From: an uncultured Puniceicoccaceae bacterium
GTDB lineage: Bacteria; Verrucomicrobiota; Verrucomicrobiia; Opitutales; Oceanipulchritudinaceae
NCBI GenBank assembly: GCA_963933835.1
Contig: CAWVVV010000002.1
Location: forward strand, 128,001-192,000
Reading direction: 5' to 3'
Length of the DNA stretch: 64,000 bases
Shown: positions 30,295-38,644 of the stretch, piece after piece
Numbering within the stretch: the first letter of the stretch is position 1
Layout of the letters: each line of letters starts with the position of its first letter
Notes under the pieces: model-generated
Told to the model about the DNA's origin: nothing
Seen by the model: only the letters and a program-made list of their open reading frames with translations
Database searches by the model: none
Made by a program: the position numbers and the translations under genes

Positions 30295-31812
30295 ATGGAC
30301 GTTGCTGTCGTTACAGGTGCCTCCTCCGGCTTGGGGTTGGCGATTTCGAATAAATTACTCAGCCTTGGGTTTAAGGTCTATGGTCTTGGGGGAAGCTACG
30401 GTGAAGACGGCCTGAAAAACTCAGGCTTCATTCCGATCAACTGCGACCTAGCTGACCCCGCCATGGTCGAACATATGGCCGGCGAGATCCTAAAAAAGGA
30501 GACCGCGATCAGTGTCTTGGTGAACAACGCCAAGTTCTACCCAGCAGAGTCCTTCACGGATGGAGCGGGCGGTGAGTTTGCCAGCTGCCTGAACATCAAC
30601 CTCCTCTGCCCACTCATACTCGCCCGAGCCTTTTTGCCCGGCTTGCAGAAGGTGCATGGTAAGGTCATCTCGATCAGCCCCGCTACCCCAGAAACCGCCC
30701 GCGGGGGACCCGCCGGAGCCGCAACCTCAGGTGGACTGCGATGGATGCAGGAAGTGCTTTTTCAGCAATACCGCGACGTCGGCGTTAGCTTCTCGACGAT
30801 CTCACCCGAGCCTAACCGCTGGCGCCCGGCCGATAGTCCGAAACCAAGAGGCAAAAAAGCAAAAAGCACGATCGACCCTGCCGCTATTTCTGACGCCGTG
30901 GCCCAAATCGTTCTTAACACGAGCGGCAACCTCATCACCGAGGTGGTCATCCGCCCAGAGCGTCTGACTGAGAACGGCCTGCCCGCTATGCGCGAGTTGC
31001 CGTATCCAAAGCCTCAACCGATCCCTTATACCGTTCCTCGCGAACTCATCGAAGCGGAGGAAATCGTTGAAAGGGAAGAGGAAGATCAAGAATTGCAGCC
31101 TAAACGCCAGCCGCGCAAAAAGCGGGCCCGCAAGCAAGCGAGAGCCGACGACGATCAGTCATCCGAGGACGCCACAGGGAACGAATCAGAAAGCCCTGAA
31201 AATACCGAAACAGAGGGAGAAGAAAGTCCCCCTCGCAGGCGCCGCAGGCGCCGCGGACGCAGGCGTGGTCAAGGCAGTGACGACAATTCAGAAACCCGCC
31301 GCGATGAACCGCGTCGCGATGATAACCGTCGCGACAGTGATGCTAAGCGTGACGCCCCTGTTGAGCGTCGCCGAAGGGAAGAAAAGCCTGCGGCGGACAA
31401 AGCGCCTCGCTCCGATTCGTCCGCTGAAGCGCCCGAGCAGTCCAGCGGAGACGCGAAGCCTTCTCGCCGTCGTCGCCGTGGACGTAAGCCACGCCCGATG
31501 GATGGCGCAGCAAAACCAGGATTCTTTGATCGCTCAAACGAAGCGCAAAGCGAGCAACCGAAGCCAAAAGATCCCGTAAAATCAGAAAAGCGGCCCGCTC
31601 AAAGCGACCGCTCTCCAAGAGCTGAAGATAAGCCGAAGAAAGCGGCCAAAAAGAGCGCCAAAAAAGCAGCGAAGAAGGCCGCCACAAAGGCGACAAAGAA
31701 AACTTCCGCGCCAAAAAAGAAGACAGCGAAAAAGGCTGCCACGAAGAAAGCGGCTAAAAAGGCGCCGCGGAAAAAAGTGGCACGGAAAGCGGTAGAGAAA
31801 AGCGCTGAATAA
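30295..31812 (+). CDS. Degenerate SDR-fold domain fused to a long charged low-complexity tail
   Basis: VVTGASSGLG, CDL, LVNNA, NINL typical of SDRs; YxxxK replaced by GAATS; tail with RRRRRRRGRRRG and KKAA repeats. Confidence 0.85.
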   Translation: MDVAVVTGASSGLGLAISNKLLSLGFKVYGLGGSYGEDGLKNSGFIPINCDLADPAMVEHMAGEILKKETAISVLVNNAKFYPAESFTDGAGGEFASCLNINLLCPLILARAFLPGLQKVHGKVISISPATPETARGGPAGAATSGGLRWMQEVLFQQYRDVGVSFSTISPEPNRWRPADSPKPRGKKAKSTIDPAAISDAVAQIVLNTSGNLITEVVIRPERLTENGLPAMRELPYPKPQPIPYTVPRELIEAEEIVEREEEDQELQPKRQPRKKRARKQARADDDQSSEDATGNESESPENTETEGEESPPRRRRRRRGRRRGQGSDDNSETRRDEPRRDDNRRDSDAKRDAPVERRRREEKPAADKAPRSDSSAEAPEQSSGDAKPSRRRRRGRKPRPMDGAAKPGFFDRSNEAQSEQPKPKDPVKSEKRPAQSDRSPRAEDKPKKAAKKSAKKAAKKAATKATKKTSAPKKKTAKKAATKKAAKKAPRKKVARKAVEKSAE

Positions 31813-31830
31813 GCACTCCTCGCTGATACC

Positions 31831-32202
31831 ATGAACCTTCACGTCGTAGACTTCCCGCTCGCCGTCGTTCGTCTCGAACCGTCGGACCCTATCCCTGACT
31901 TCGCGCTCAAAAGCCCGTTCTTCTCGATTACGAAGACAGCCACTGAGCTCTCCCTCTTCCTCGCCGAAGACTGTGTTCCTGAGGGCATGGATGCTTCGAC
32001 GGGCTGGCGGGCGTTTCATATCGAAGGGACGATCGACCTCGGGCTCACCGGTGTCATCTCTGCCCTCACCATGCCTCTGGCCACGAAGCAAATCAGCGTT
32101 TTCTCCATTTCAACCCACGACACTGACTACCTCATCGTCCCCGACGACCGCCTTGAGGATGCCATCGAACTGCTCCAAAGAGCTGGCTTTCAGTGGGTGT
32201 AG
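31831..32202 (+). CDS. ACT domain protein (CASTOR/ACT_7-like)
   Basis: FFSITKT..ELSL, GLTGVISAL..PLA...ISVFSIST.DTDYLIV. Confidence 0.85.
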   Translation: MNLHVVDFPLAVVRLEPSDPIPDFALKSPFFSITKTATELSLFLAEDCVPEGMDASTGWRAFHIEGTIDLGLTGVISALTMPLATKQISVFSISTHDTDYLIVPDDRLEDAIELLQRAGFQWV

Positions 32203-32357
32203 GAATCAATCGACCAGCCGTCGATGACCTCGCCTCGGTCGTCCGCTAGTTTCTTCGGAAGTATCCAGAAAGTGGTGACTGGGTAATGAGCGCGGCGGGC
32301 AGGCTTATTGGCGACAGATTGAAACTAGTAATCGCCTTCCCTCAACCCGCTTTCCCA

Positions 32358-32385
32358 TTGACCCCGCGAGGGCCTCTTCTAATTT
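32358..32385 (+). promoter_or_regulatory. sigma70-like promoter of miaB
   Basis: TTGACC-N16-TAATTT ending 12 nt before the ATG. Confidence 0.45.
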
Positions 32386-32397
32386 CCGCACACTCTT

Positions 32398-33780
32398 ATG
32401 AACCGGGTGTATATTAAGACCTACGGGTGCCAGATGAATGAGCGCGACAGCGATGCGGTGGCTTCGCTCTTGCGCGATCGTGGCTACTCAATGGTCGGAG
32501 ACGAGGATGAGGCCGATATTATCCTCCTCAACACCTGTGCCGTTCGCGACCAAGCAGAGCAAAAAGCGATCGGTAAAACCCACCGGCTCCTCCATTATAA
32601 GAAAAAGGGCCGCGAACTCGTCGTGGGCGTCATGGGCTGCATGGCTCAAAATCGCGGCGAAGCCCTCCTCGACGAGCTCCCCGACCTCGACCTCCTCGTC
32701 GGCACACAAAAGTTCCACCGTGTGCCCGAGATGCTCGACCAGTTTGTCGCCTCGCAAAATGGCCTCGGCCCGCGCCCCAGCACGATCGTCGATCTGGAAG
32801 AAGAAGCCGGCTCCGAGGAAACGATCAAAGACCACGCCAACGTCCGGCAAGTCTCCGCCTTTGTCAGTATCATGCAGGGCTGTAACATGCACTGTAGCTT
32901 TTGCATCGTCCCCAAAACCCGAGGCGGCGAGCGCTACCGCTCGATGGAAGCGATCTGCGCGGAGGTTGAAGGGCTCGTTGCTAAAGGGACAAAAGAAGTC
33001 ACCCTCCTCGGGCAAATCGTAAACAGCTACGGGATGCGAGAGATCCCCTACCGCAACAGCAAGAGTCCCTTCGTCCAGCTCATCGATAAAGTCCACGAGA
33101 TCGACGGACTCGAGCGCATCCGCTTCACCTCACCCCACCCGCGCGGTTTCCAGAAGGATCTCGTCGCAGCGTATGGAGAGCTCCCGAAGCTCATGCCCTA
33201 TGTCCATCTCCCTCTTCAGAGTGGCAGCGACCGCATCCTCAAAGCGATGCGCCGCCCCTACACCGTGCGCCGCTTCCGCGAGATCGTTGAGCAGCTCCGT
33301 GCGGTGAATCCCGACATCTCATTCTCGACCGACATCATCGTCGGCTACCCCGGTGAAACCGAAGAGGACTTCGAGCAGACGCGCGCCTTCTTCGAAGAGC
33401 TGCGCTTCGAGATGGCCTACATTTTCCGCTACTCACCACGCTCAGGGACTAAATCAGCCGAGCTCGAAGACGACGTGCCGAGTGAAGTGAAAGCTGAGCG
33501 CAATCAAATCCTTCTCAAGATTCTCGAAAAACACTCCATCGCAGGGAACACCCTCAGTCATGGAAAGATCGAGCCCATCCTCGTCGAAGGCCCCGCCAAG
33601 CGCGGCGATGGCATCTTTGTGGGTCGCAATCCAAGAAACCGTAAAGTCATCTTCCCTGCCAATGAACGCCTTGTCGGCGAGATCGTCCCCGTCCGCATCG
33701 ACGACAGCAACATCTCCGTCCTCAAAGGCGAACTGGTGCTTTCCGGGATGAATGAAGCGCTCGTGAAGAGCGTGAGTTAG
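32398..33780 (+). CDS. miaB: tRNA-2-methylthio-N6-dimethylallyladenosine synthase
   Basis: TYGCQMNERDS, radical SAM CNMHCSFC, RFTSPHP, TDIIVGYPGET, YSPRSGT, TRAM domain. Confidence 0.97.
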   Translation: MNRVYIKTYGCQMNERDSDAVASLLRDRGYSMVGDEDEADIILLNTCAVRDQAEQKAIGKTHRLLHYKKKGRELVVGVMGCMAQNRGEALLDELPDLDLLVGTQKFHRVPEMLDQFVASQNGLGPRPSTIVDLEEEAGSEETIKDHANVRQVSAFVSIMQGCNMHCSFCIVPKTRGGERYRSMEAICAEVEGLVAKGTKEVTLLGQIVNSYGMREIPYRNSKSPFVQLIDKVHEIDGLERIRFTSPHPRGFQKDLVAAYGELPKLMPYVHLPLQSGSDRILKAMRRPYTVRRFREIVEQLRAVNPDISFSTDIIVGYPGETEEDFEQTRAFFEELRFEMAYIFRYSPRSGTKSAELEDDVPSEVKAERNQILLKILEKHSIAGNTLSHGKIEPILVEGPAKRGDGIFVGRNPRNRKVIFPANERLVGEIVPVRIDDSNISVLKGELVLSGMNEALVKSVS

Positions 33781-33794
33781 CGGTGAATAAGTTA

Positions 33795-34223
33795 TCTCAC
33801 AGGGGCACGGAGGCACAGAGATGAATGAAAATGAAATCGGTACGATCATTGTTGAGGTCTCGATCCAATTGCATCGAGACCTAGGCCCAGGGTTGCTCGA
33901 ATCTGTTTACGAGAAACTGCTAGAGAGGGGATTGGAAAAGCGAGGCCTTATCGTCCAGACTCAAGAGCCCATTCAAATCACTTACGACGGAGAAACGTTC
34001 GATGAAGGATTCCGTGCTGACATCATAGTCAACGGTAAGGTCATTATCGAATTGAAGTCCGTAGAGAAGCTGCACCCGGCCCACAAGAAACAGCTTCTTA
34101 CTTACCTGAAGCTCACCGGCCTAAAACTTGGTTATCTCCTCAATTTCGGTGAAGAGCTAATGAAGCAAGGCATCACTCGAACGATCAACGGCTCCCTTTA
34201 AAGCCCTCCGTGCCTCTGTGAGA
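33795..34223. mobile_element. Putative GxxExxY cassette bounded by 19-bp inverted repeats
   Basis: TCTCACAGGGGCACGGAGG (33795-33813) versus the reverse complement of 34205-34223, TCTCACAGAGGCACGGAGG; 18/19 identical. Confidence 0.55.
33821..34201 (+). CDS. GxxExxY protein (PD-(D/E)xK nuclease-like)
   Basis: LGPGLLESVYE, FRADIIV...VIIELKS, QLLTYLKL....GYLLNF. Confidence 0.95.
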   Translation: MNENEIGTIIVEVSIQLHRDLGPGLLESVYEKLLERGLEKRGLIVQTQEPIQITYDGETFDEGFRADIIVNGKVIIELKSVEKLHPAHKKQLLTYLKLTGLKLGYLLNFGEELMKQGITRTINGSL

Positions 34224-34306
34224 AAAAAATCCACTCCCACTCCCACTGAGAATTTTCCCTTGGCTTTGCACTGCTGAGCCGACCAACTGAAGGACTCTCT
34301 TCTGCC

Positions 34307-34855
34307 ATGCCTAGCTTATTCACTTTTATCATCATTACTGGCCTCATTCTCCTCCTTCTAGGGGTCGGCTTTATTTTGGACAAACCCAGCTGGCGCAAAG
34401 GATTGACCGCCTTTCCGCGCGGCGAGAATGCCGCCTTCATCACGATGGGCATCGGTGGGCTTTGGTTCCTTTACAAAATGTATTATATTGGACCGCAGGA
34501 CGCACTCTTTGGCCCGAAGACAAACCTCATCCTCGTGGCTGTTTTTGGTGCCGGCTGGCTCGGTAGTTTCTTCGCCTTGAAAGAGTTCCTCGCGGTACGT
34601 GGAGTCTGCGTTCTTACCCTGATGGCGGCTTACTTTGCGCTCGAAGCTGGGAGGACGATTTATGACCCAGCTGTCCTTTACTTCAAGGCGATCGTTTATA
34701 TCTTTATCGTCCTTGCGATCTGGTTAGGCGTTTCACCCTTCCGGATGCGCGATTTCTTTAGTTGGACCTTTGGCGCAGCTCCGCGCCCGAAGACAATCGG
34801 GTCACTCCTAGCGCTTGCTGGGGTCAGTTTAACTCTCATCTCGATCACCCTCTAA
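34307..34855 (+). CDS. Hypothetical integral membrane protein
   Basis: 182 aa, about six hydrophobic helices, TAATG-coupled to gmk. Confidence 0.75.
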   Translation: MPSLFTFIIITGLILLLLGVGFILDKPSWRKGLTAFPRGENAAFITMGIGGLWFLYKMYYIGPQDALFGPKTNLILVAVFGAGWLGSFFALKEFLAVRGVCVLTLMAAYFALEAGRTIYDPAVLYFKAIVYIFIVLAIWLGVSPFRMRDFFSWTFGAAPRPKTIGSLLALAGVSLTLISITL

Positions 34856-35451
34856 TGACTTTACCCCAAGGCCTACTCATCATCATCAGTGGTCCCGCAG
34901 GTGCCGGTAAAACGACGCTCTGCGACCGCCTGATGGAGGAATTCCCAACAATCGAACGCGTTGTTACCACGACGACCCGTGAACCCCGCGAGGATGAAGT
35001 CGCTGGAGTCGACTACCACTTTTTGGGTGTTCTCGAATTTGAGGCCAAGGCAACCTACGGCGATTTCTATGAGTGGGCGCGCGTTCACGCCCGCTACTAC
35101 GGATCAGAACGCCGCGCTGTGCTAGAACCGCTCAAAGAGGGCAAAGATCTCCTCCTCAACATCGATGTGCAGGGAGCGGCCGCTTACCGAGAAGCCGCCA
35201 AAAGTGACACCTTTCTCGCGGATCGTCTCGCAACGATTTTCATCAAGCCACAGAGCCTTGAGCAGATGCACAAGCGCCTCCTACACCGTGCCGCCGAGAC
35301 GCCTGAGGACATCGCCCGCCGGATGAAAAGTGCCGAAAAGGAAATCGCCGCCGCGGACAAGTTTGACCATGTCCTCACGACGAGCACCCGCGAAGCCGAC
35401 TATCAGGAGTTCCGCGAAGCCTACTTGCGCGCACGCAGCGAACACACGTAA
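34855..35451 (+). CDS. gmk: Guanylate kinase
   Basis: SGPAGAGKTT, TTREPREDEVAGVDYHF, IDVQGA. Confidence 0.95.
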   Translation: MTLPQGLLIIISGPAGAGKTTLCDRLMEEFPTIERVVTTTTREPREDEVAGVDYHFLGVLEFEAKATYGDFYEWARVHARYYGSERRAVLEPLKEGKDLLLNIDVQGAAAYREAAKSDTFLADRLATIFIKPQSLEQMHKRLLHRAAETPEDIARRMKSAEKEIAAADKFDHVLTTSTREADYQEFREAYLRARSEHT

Positions 35452-35458
35452 AAGATTG

Positions 35459-36199
35459 ATGAGCAAAGCCTCTGCGACCGCTAAAGCGTTCCTCGCCAGT
35501 ACGCGCAAGCTCAGTAAGGCAGTCGCAAAGCTGCCAGCAGGCGGCCCCGTCACTCACATTTACAATCCCCTCGAATACGCGTGGGCAGGCTACGAAGCCT
35601 ACGTCACGAAGTTCCTCGGTGGTCCACGACGGGTTGTCCTTCTGGGCATGAATCCAGGCCCCTACGGTATGACGCAAACCGGTGTGCCGTTCGGTGCTAT
35701 TCCCGCGGTTCGCGACTGGATGGGTATCGAGGTTGCGATCAAGCAGCCAGCGAAGGTTCACCCGAAGAGGCCCATCGAAGGTTTTGCCTGCAAGCGCAAC
35801 GAAGTCAGCGGACGCCGGCTCTGGATCGATCTCTTTTCCGAGCAATTCCCCAACGCCAAAGAGTGCTTCAAAACTCACTTCGCGCTGAACTACTGCCCAC
35901 TCGTTTACATGATCGAGAGCGGAGCAAACTTTACCCCAGATAAGCTCCCGGTCGCCGTCCGCCGTCCGCTCGAAGAAGCCTGCGACACCCACCTCCGAGA
36001 AGCCCTCGAAATTATCCAGCCTGAGTGGGCGATTGGCGTCGGAAACTACGCCGAGAAGTGTCTCCTCCGTATCACCGAAGGCATGGGGAAAGCACCGAAG
36101 GTCACTCGTATCATCCACCCCGCACCAGCGAGCCCCATCGCAAATCGTGAGTGGCCAGAAAACCCGCGCAAGGCACTCGCGGATGCAGGCATCTGGTAG
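35459..36199 (+). CDS. SMUG1-type (family 3) uracil-DNA glycosylase
   Basis: IYNPLEYA, LGMNPGPYGMTQTGVPFG, EVSGRRLW, NYCPL, HPAPASP. Confidence 0.92.
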   Translation: MSKASATAKAFLASTRKLSKAVAKLPAGGPVTHIYNPLEYAWAGYEAYVTKFLGGPRRVVLLGMNPGPYGMTQTGVPFGAIPAVRDWMGIEVAIKQPAKVHPKRPIEGFACKRNEVSGRRLWIDLFSEQFPNAKECFKTHFALNYCPLVYMIESGANFTPDKLPVAVRRPLEEACDTHLREALEIIQPEWAIGVGNYAEKCLLRITEGMGKAPKVTRIIHPAPASPIANREWPENPRKALADAGIW

Positions 36200-36244
36200 C
36201 CAAACAGCCAAGTTCGTCCGCTCACCGAGCGATCACGCGTATCC

Positions 36245-37131
36245 ATGCCAAAAGAACCGACCCCAGCCATTCGCCTGTGCGACGGAGATCTCGAGGCCTT
36301 CATCCAACCCGAGCAAGGGGGACGCGTCCTCGGGTTTCACGGCGACACTTTCTGGCCGAGTCCTCAGGAAAGGTTCGATTGGCCTCCGCCCGCCATACTC
36401 GACGAAGATCCCTACACTGTCATTCAGGCGACGGGGAAAAGTGCGACGATTCAGAGTGCTCGCGATGAGCCATTCGGCTTTCAGCTCGAGAAGCACTTTG
36501 AAGTGAAGGGCAATGCGATCCACTTCACTTTCCGCCTCACCAACATCTGGGATCGCCCCCAATATGTAGCCCCATGGCAAGTGACGCGCGCGCCGCGCGA
36601 AGGAAAGCGCCACCCAAGCGCCACCCCAACAATCGTCGGCACTGGCAAGTGACGCGCGCGGCGCGCGAAGGAAAGCTCTTCTGGGCAACTGGGGACCCCT
36701 TCAAAGACGACGATCGCCTCATCAAGCAACGCGAAGACCCAGGCTGCTACTACCTCCATCAAAATGACGAAAAGCCCTTCCCCGCCGCCATTGAGAGACA
36801 CGGTCCACTGAGTTCCCTCTCGGTGCGCAAGGTCACAGCAACCTGCAAACTTTTCGCCGATGCTCACGGATGGCTCGCCCACCTTCAAGACAACTGCCTA
36901 ATCATCCGCAGCTTCCCCGACATCTCCCCTTCTGAAGCCGCTCCTCGCCAAGGCGAAATCGAGCTCTACTTCAACCCCGAGCTCAATTACATCGAACTCG
37001 AGAACCAAGGTGCCTATCAAGCCCTCGGAGCAGGCGAGACCCTGACCTACGAAACGAACTGGCAATTCCATCGAATCGATATCATTTCTATTCCTGAAGT
37101 TATCGAACAATTATCAAGACTTACCCCTTAA
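36245..37131 (+). pseudogene. DUF4380-like (aldose epimerase-like fold) protein, frameshifted by a 68-bp insertion
   Basis: GGRV, GDTFWPSPQ...WPPP, APWQVTR in ORF 36245-36652; KLFAD..GWLA, EIELY, YIELENQGAY in ORF 36574-37131; the junction is a duplicated 34-mer. Confidence 0.7.
36575..36676 (+). repeat. 34-bp direct repeat, 34-bp insert, 34-bp direct repeat
   Basis: TGGCAAGTGACGCGCGCG(C/G)CGCGCGAAGGAAAGC at 36575-36608 and 36643-36676, one mismatch. Confidence 0.92.
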
Positions 37132-37144
37132 GACCCACCGGCGC

Positions 37145-38644
37145 ATGAAATCGTTCCTCGCACTCCTCGCACTCCTCGCAACTTTAACGAATGCCCTCTC
37201 AGCCGGCGCCGAGCTCAAGTCCGGCCCGATGATTGGTGCAGCAGGCATGTATGAAACCATCATCTGGCTGCAAACGAGCGAAGCTGCAGAAGCGCAGATT
37301 CGCTATTGGCCATCCTCAGCAAAGAAGAGGGCTGATGTTGTAGTGACGGATCTAATACAAACCTCTAAAGACGACGCCTTCGTAGCGAAAATCTCTGTTG
37401 GCCCCCTGATAGCTGGCGCGACATATGGGTACGAAGTCGTCATCAACGGCAAAAAGGTCACACCCACTTTCAGCGAGACCCACGCGAAAGCAGGAAAGCC
37501 CATCCCCCTCACATTCTCGGCACCCAAGCTCTGGCGCTACCGCGAGGGTGGGCACAAGCCCTTCGACTACACCCTAGGTTTTGGAAGCTGTGCTTACGTC
37601 AATGACCCCGAGAGCCAACAAGACCGACTCGACGGTATACCTTATGGCGGCGACTACCAAGTCTTCGAGTCCATCTATGAGAAAGCCCCCGATGCCTTCA
37701 TCTGGCTGGGCGATACGCTTTATCTGAACGAAGGCGACTGGACGACAAGCCCGGGCATTTATAACCGTTGGACGCGCTCACGCGCCCTTCCAGAGCTCGC
37801 GCCACTGCTCGCAACAACACCGCATTACTTCACTTGGGATGATCATGAATTCGGACCCAATGACATCGGCAGCTCCTTCTGGAACAAAGCCGCGACAACC
37901 GAAGCCTTCGAACTTTTCACCGCCAATCCCTCCTATGGCCTACCCGAAACCCCCGGCATCTTCTCCTACTTCAATCACGGGGATGCCAACATCTACCTTC
38001 TCGACAACCGCACCTACCGCACTGAAGCCATGGTTGTGGGTGCGCCATACATCGAGAAGCAGATGCTCGGGAAAGCCCAGGTCGACTGGCTCGTCAACCT
38101 CATGGCATGGGCCGAAGGGCAACGCCACAGCTCTTACCCGGCGAGCTTCCACATCGTCTGTGTCGGAAATCAAGTCATCTCGCCTGCTCGCCGCGACAAC
38201 CTCCCACGCTACGAGAAAGAATGGCAATACCTCTTCGACCGCCTGATGAACGAAGACCTCAACAACGTCATCTTCGTCACTGGCGATGTCCACTTTGGTG
38301 AAGTCAGCAAGCTAGAACTCACTGGCGGAGGCGATGCGGTGGCAGGCAAGCCTGGTATCGATGGAAAAGCCTACACGTATTACGATATCACTACATCATC
38401 GCTTACGGCCGGATCATTTCCCGGCTTCCCGGCAGAGGAAAATCCACAGCGTTACGATATTTTTGAAGGCGAAGCCGACCGCATCGGGCAACGCAACTTT
38501 ATGCTCCTCCGCTTCACCGGTGAAAAACTCAGCCAGCGCCAAGTCGCGATCGAATTCTACGACACTGACGGGAACCTCCTGAATCAAAAAGAAGGCGCCC
38601 CCACAGGCACCGTCACCGACGCGTCGATCCTCAAACCACGCTAG
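37145..38644 (+). CDS. phoD: Alkaline phosphatase D family protein (secreted)
   Basis: Signal peptide, FGSC, WLGD..Y, WDDHE.GPND, LDNRTYR, LG..Q..WL, TGDVH. Confidence 0.88.
   Translation: MKSFLALLALLATLTNALSAGAELKSGPMIGAAGMYETIIWLQTSEAAEAQIRYWPSSAKKRADVVVTDLIQTSKDDAFVAKISVGPLIAGATYGYEVVINGKKVTPTFSETHAKAGKPIPLTFSAPKLWRYREGGHKPFDYTLGFGSCAYVNDPESQQDRLDGIPYGGDYQVFESIYEKAPDAFIWLGDTLYLNEGDWTTSPGIYNRWTRSRALPELAPLLATTPHYFTWDDHEFGPNDIGSSFWNKAATTEAFELFTANPSYGLPETPGIFSYFNHGDANIYLLDNRTYRTEAMVVGAPYIEKQMLGKAQVDWLVNLMAWAEGQRHSSYPASFHIVCVGNQVISPARRDNLPRYEKEWQYLFDRLMNEDLNNVIFVTGDVHFGEVSKLELTGGGDAVAGKPGIDGKAYTYYDITTSSLTAGSFPGFPAEENPQRYDIFEGEADRIGQRNFMLLRFTGEKLSQRQVAIEFYDTDGNLLNQKEGAPTGTVTDASILKPR

Noticed and set aside
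32245..32330. CTAGTTTC...GAAACTAG inverted repeat upstream of miaB
   Set aside because: Only 8 bp, single copy, no further structure; cannot be distinguished from chance.
36575..36676. CRISPR array
   Set aside because: Only two repeats, the repeat is the gene's own coding sequence, and there is no leader or cas gene in the window. Kept only as an unusual duplication.
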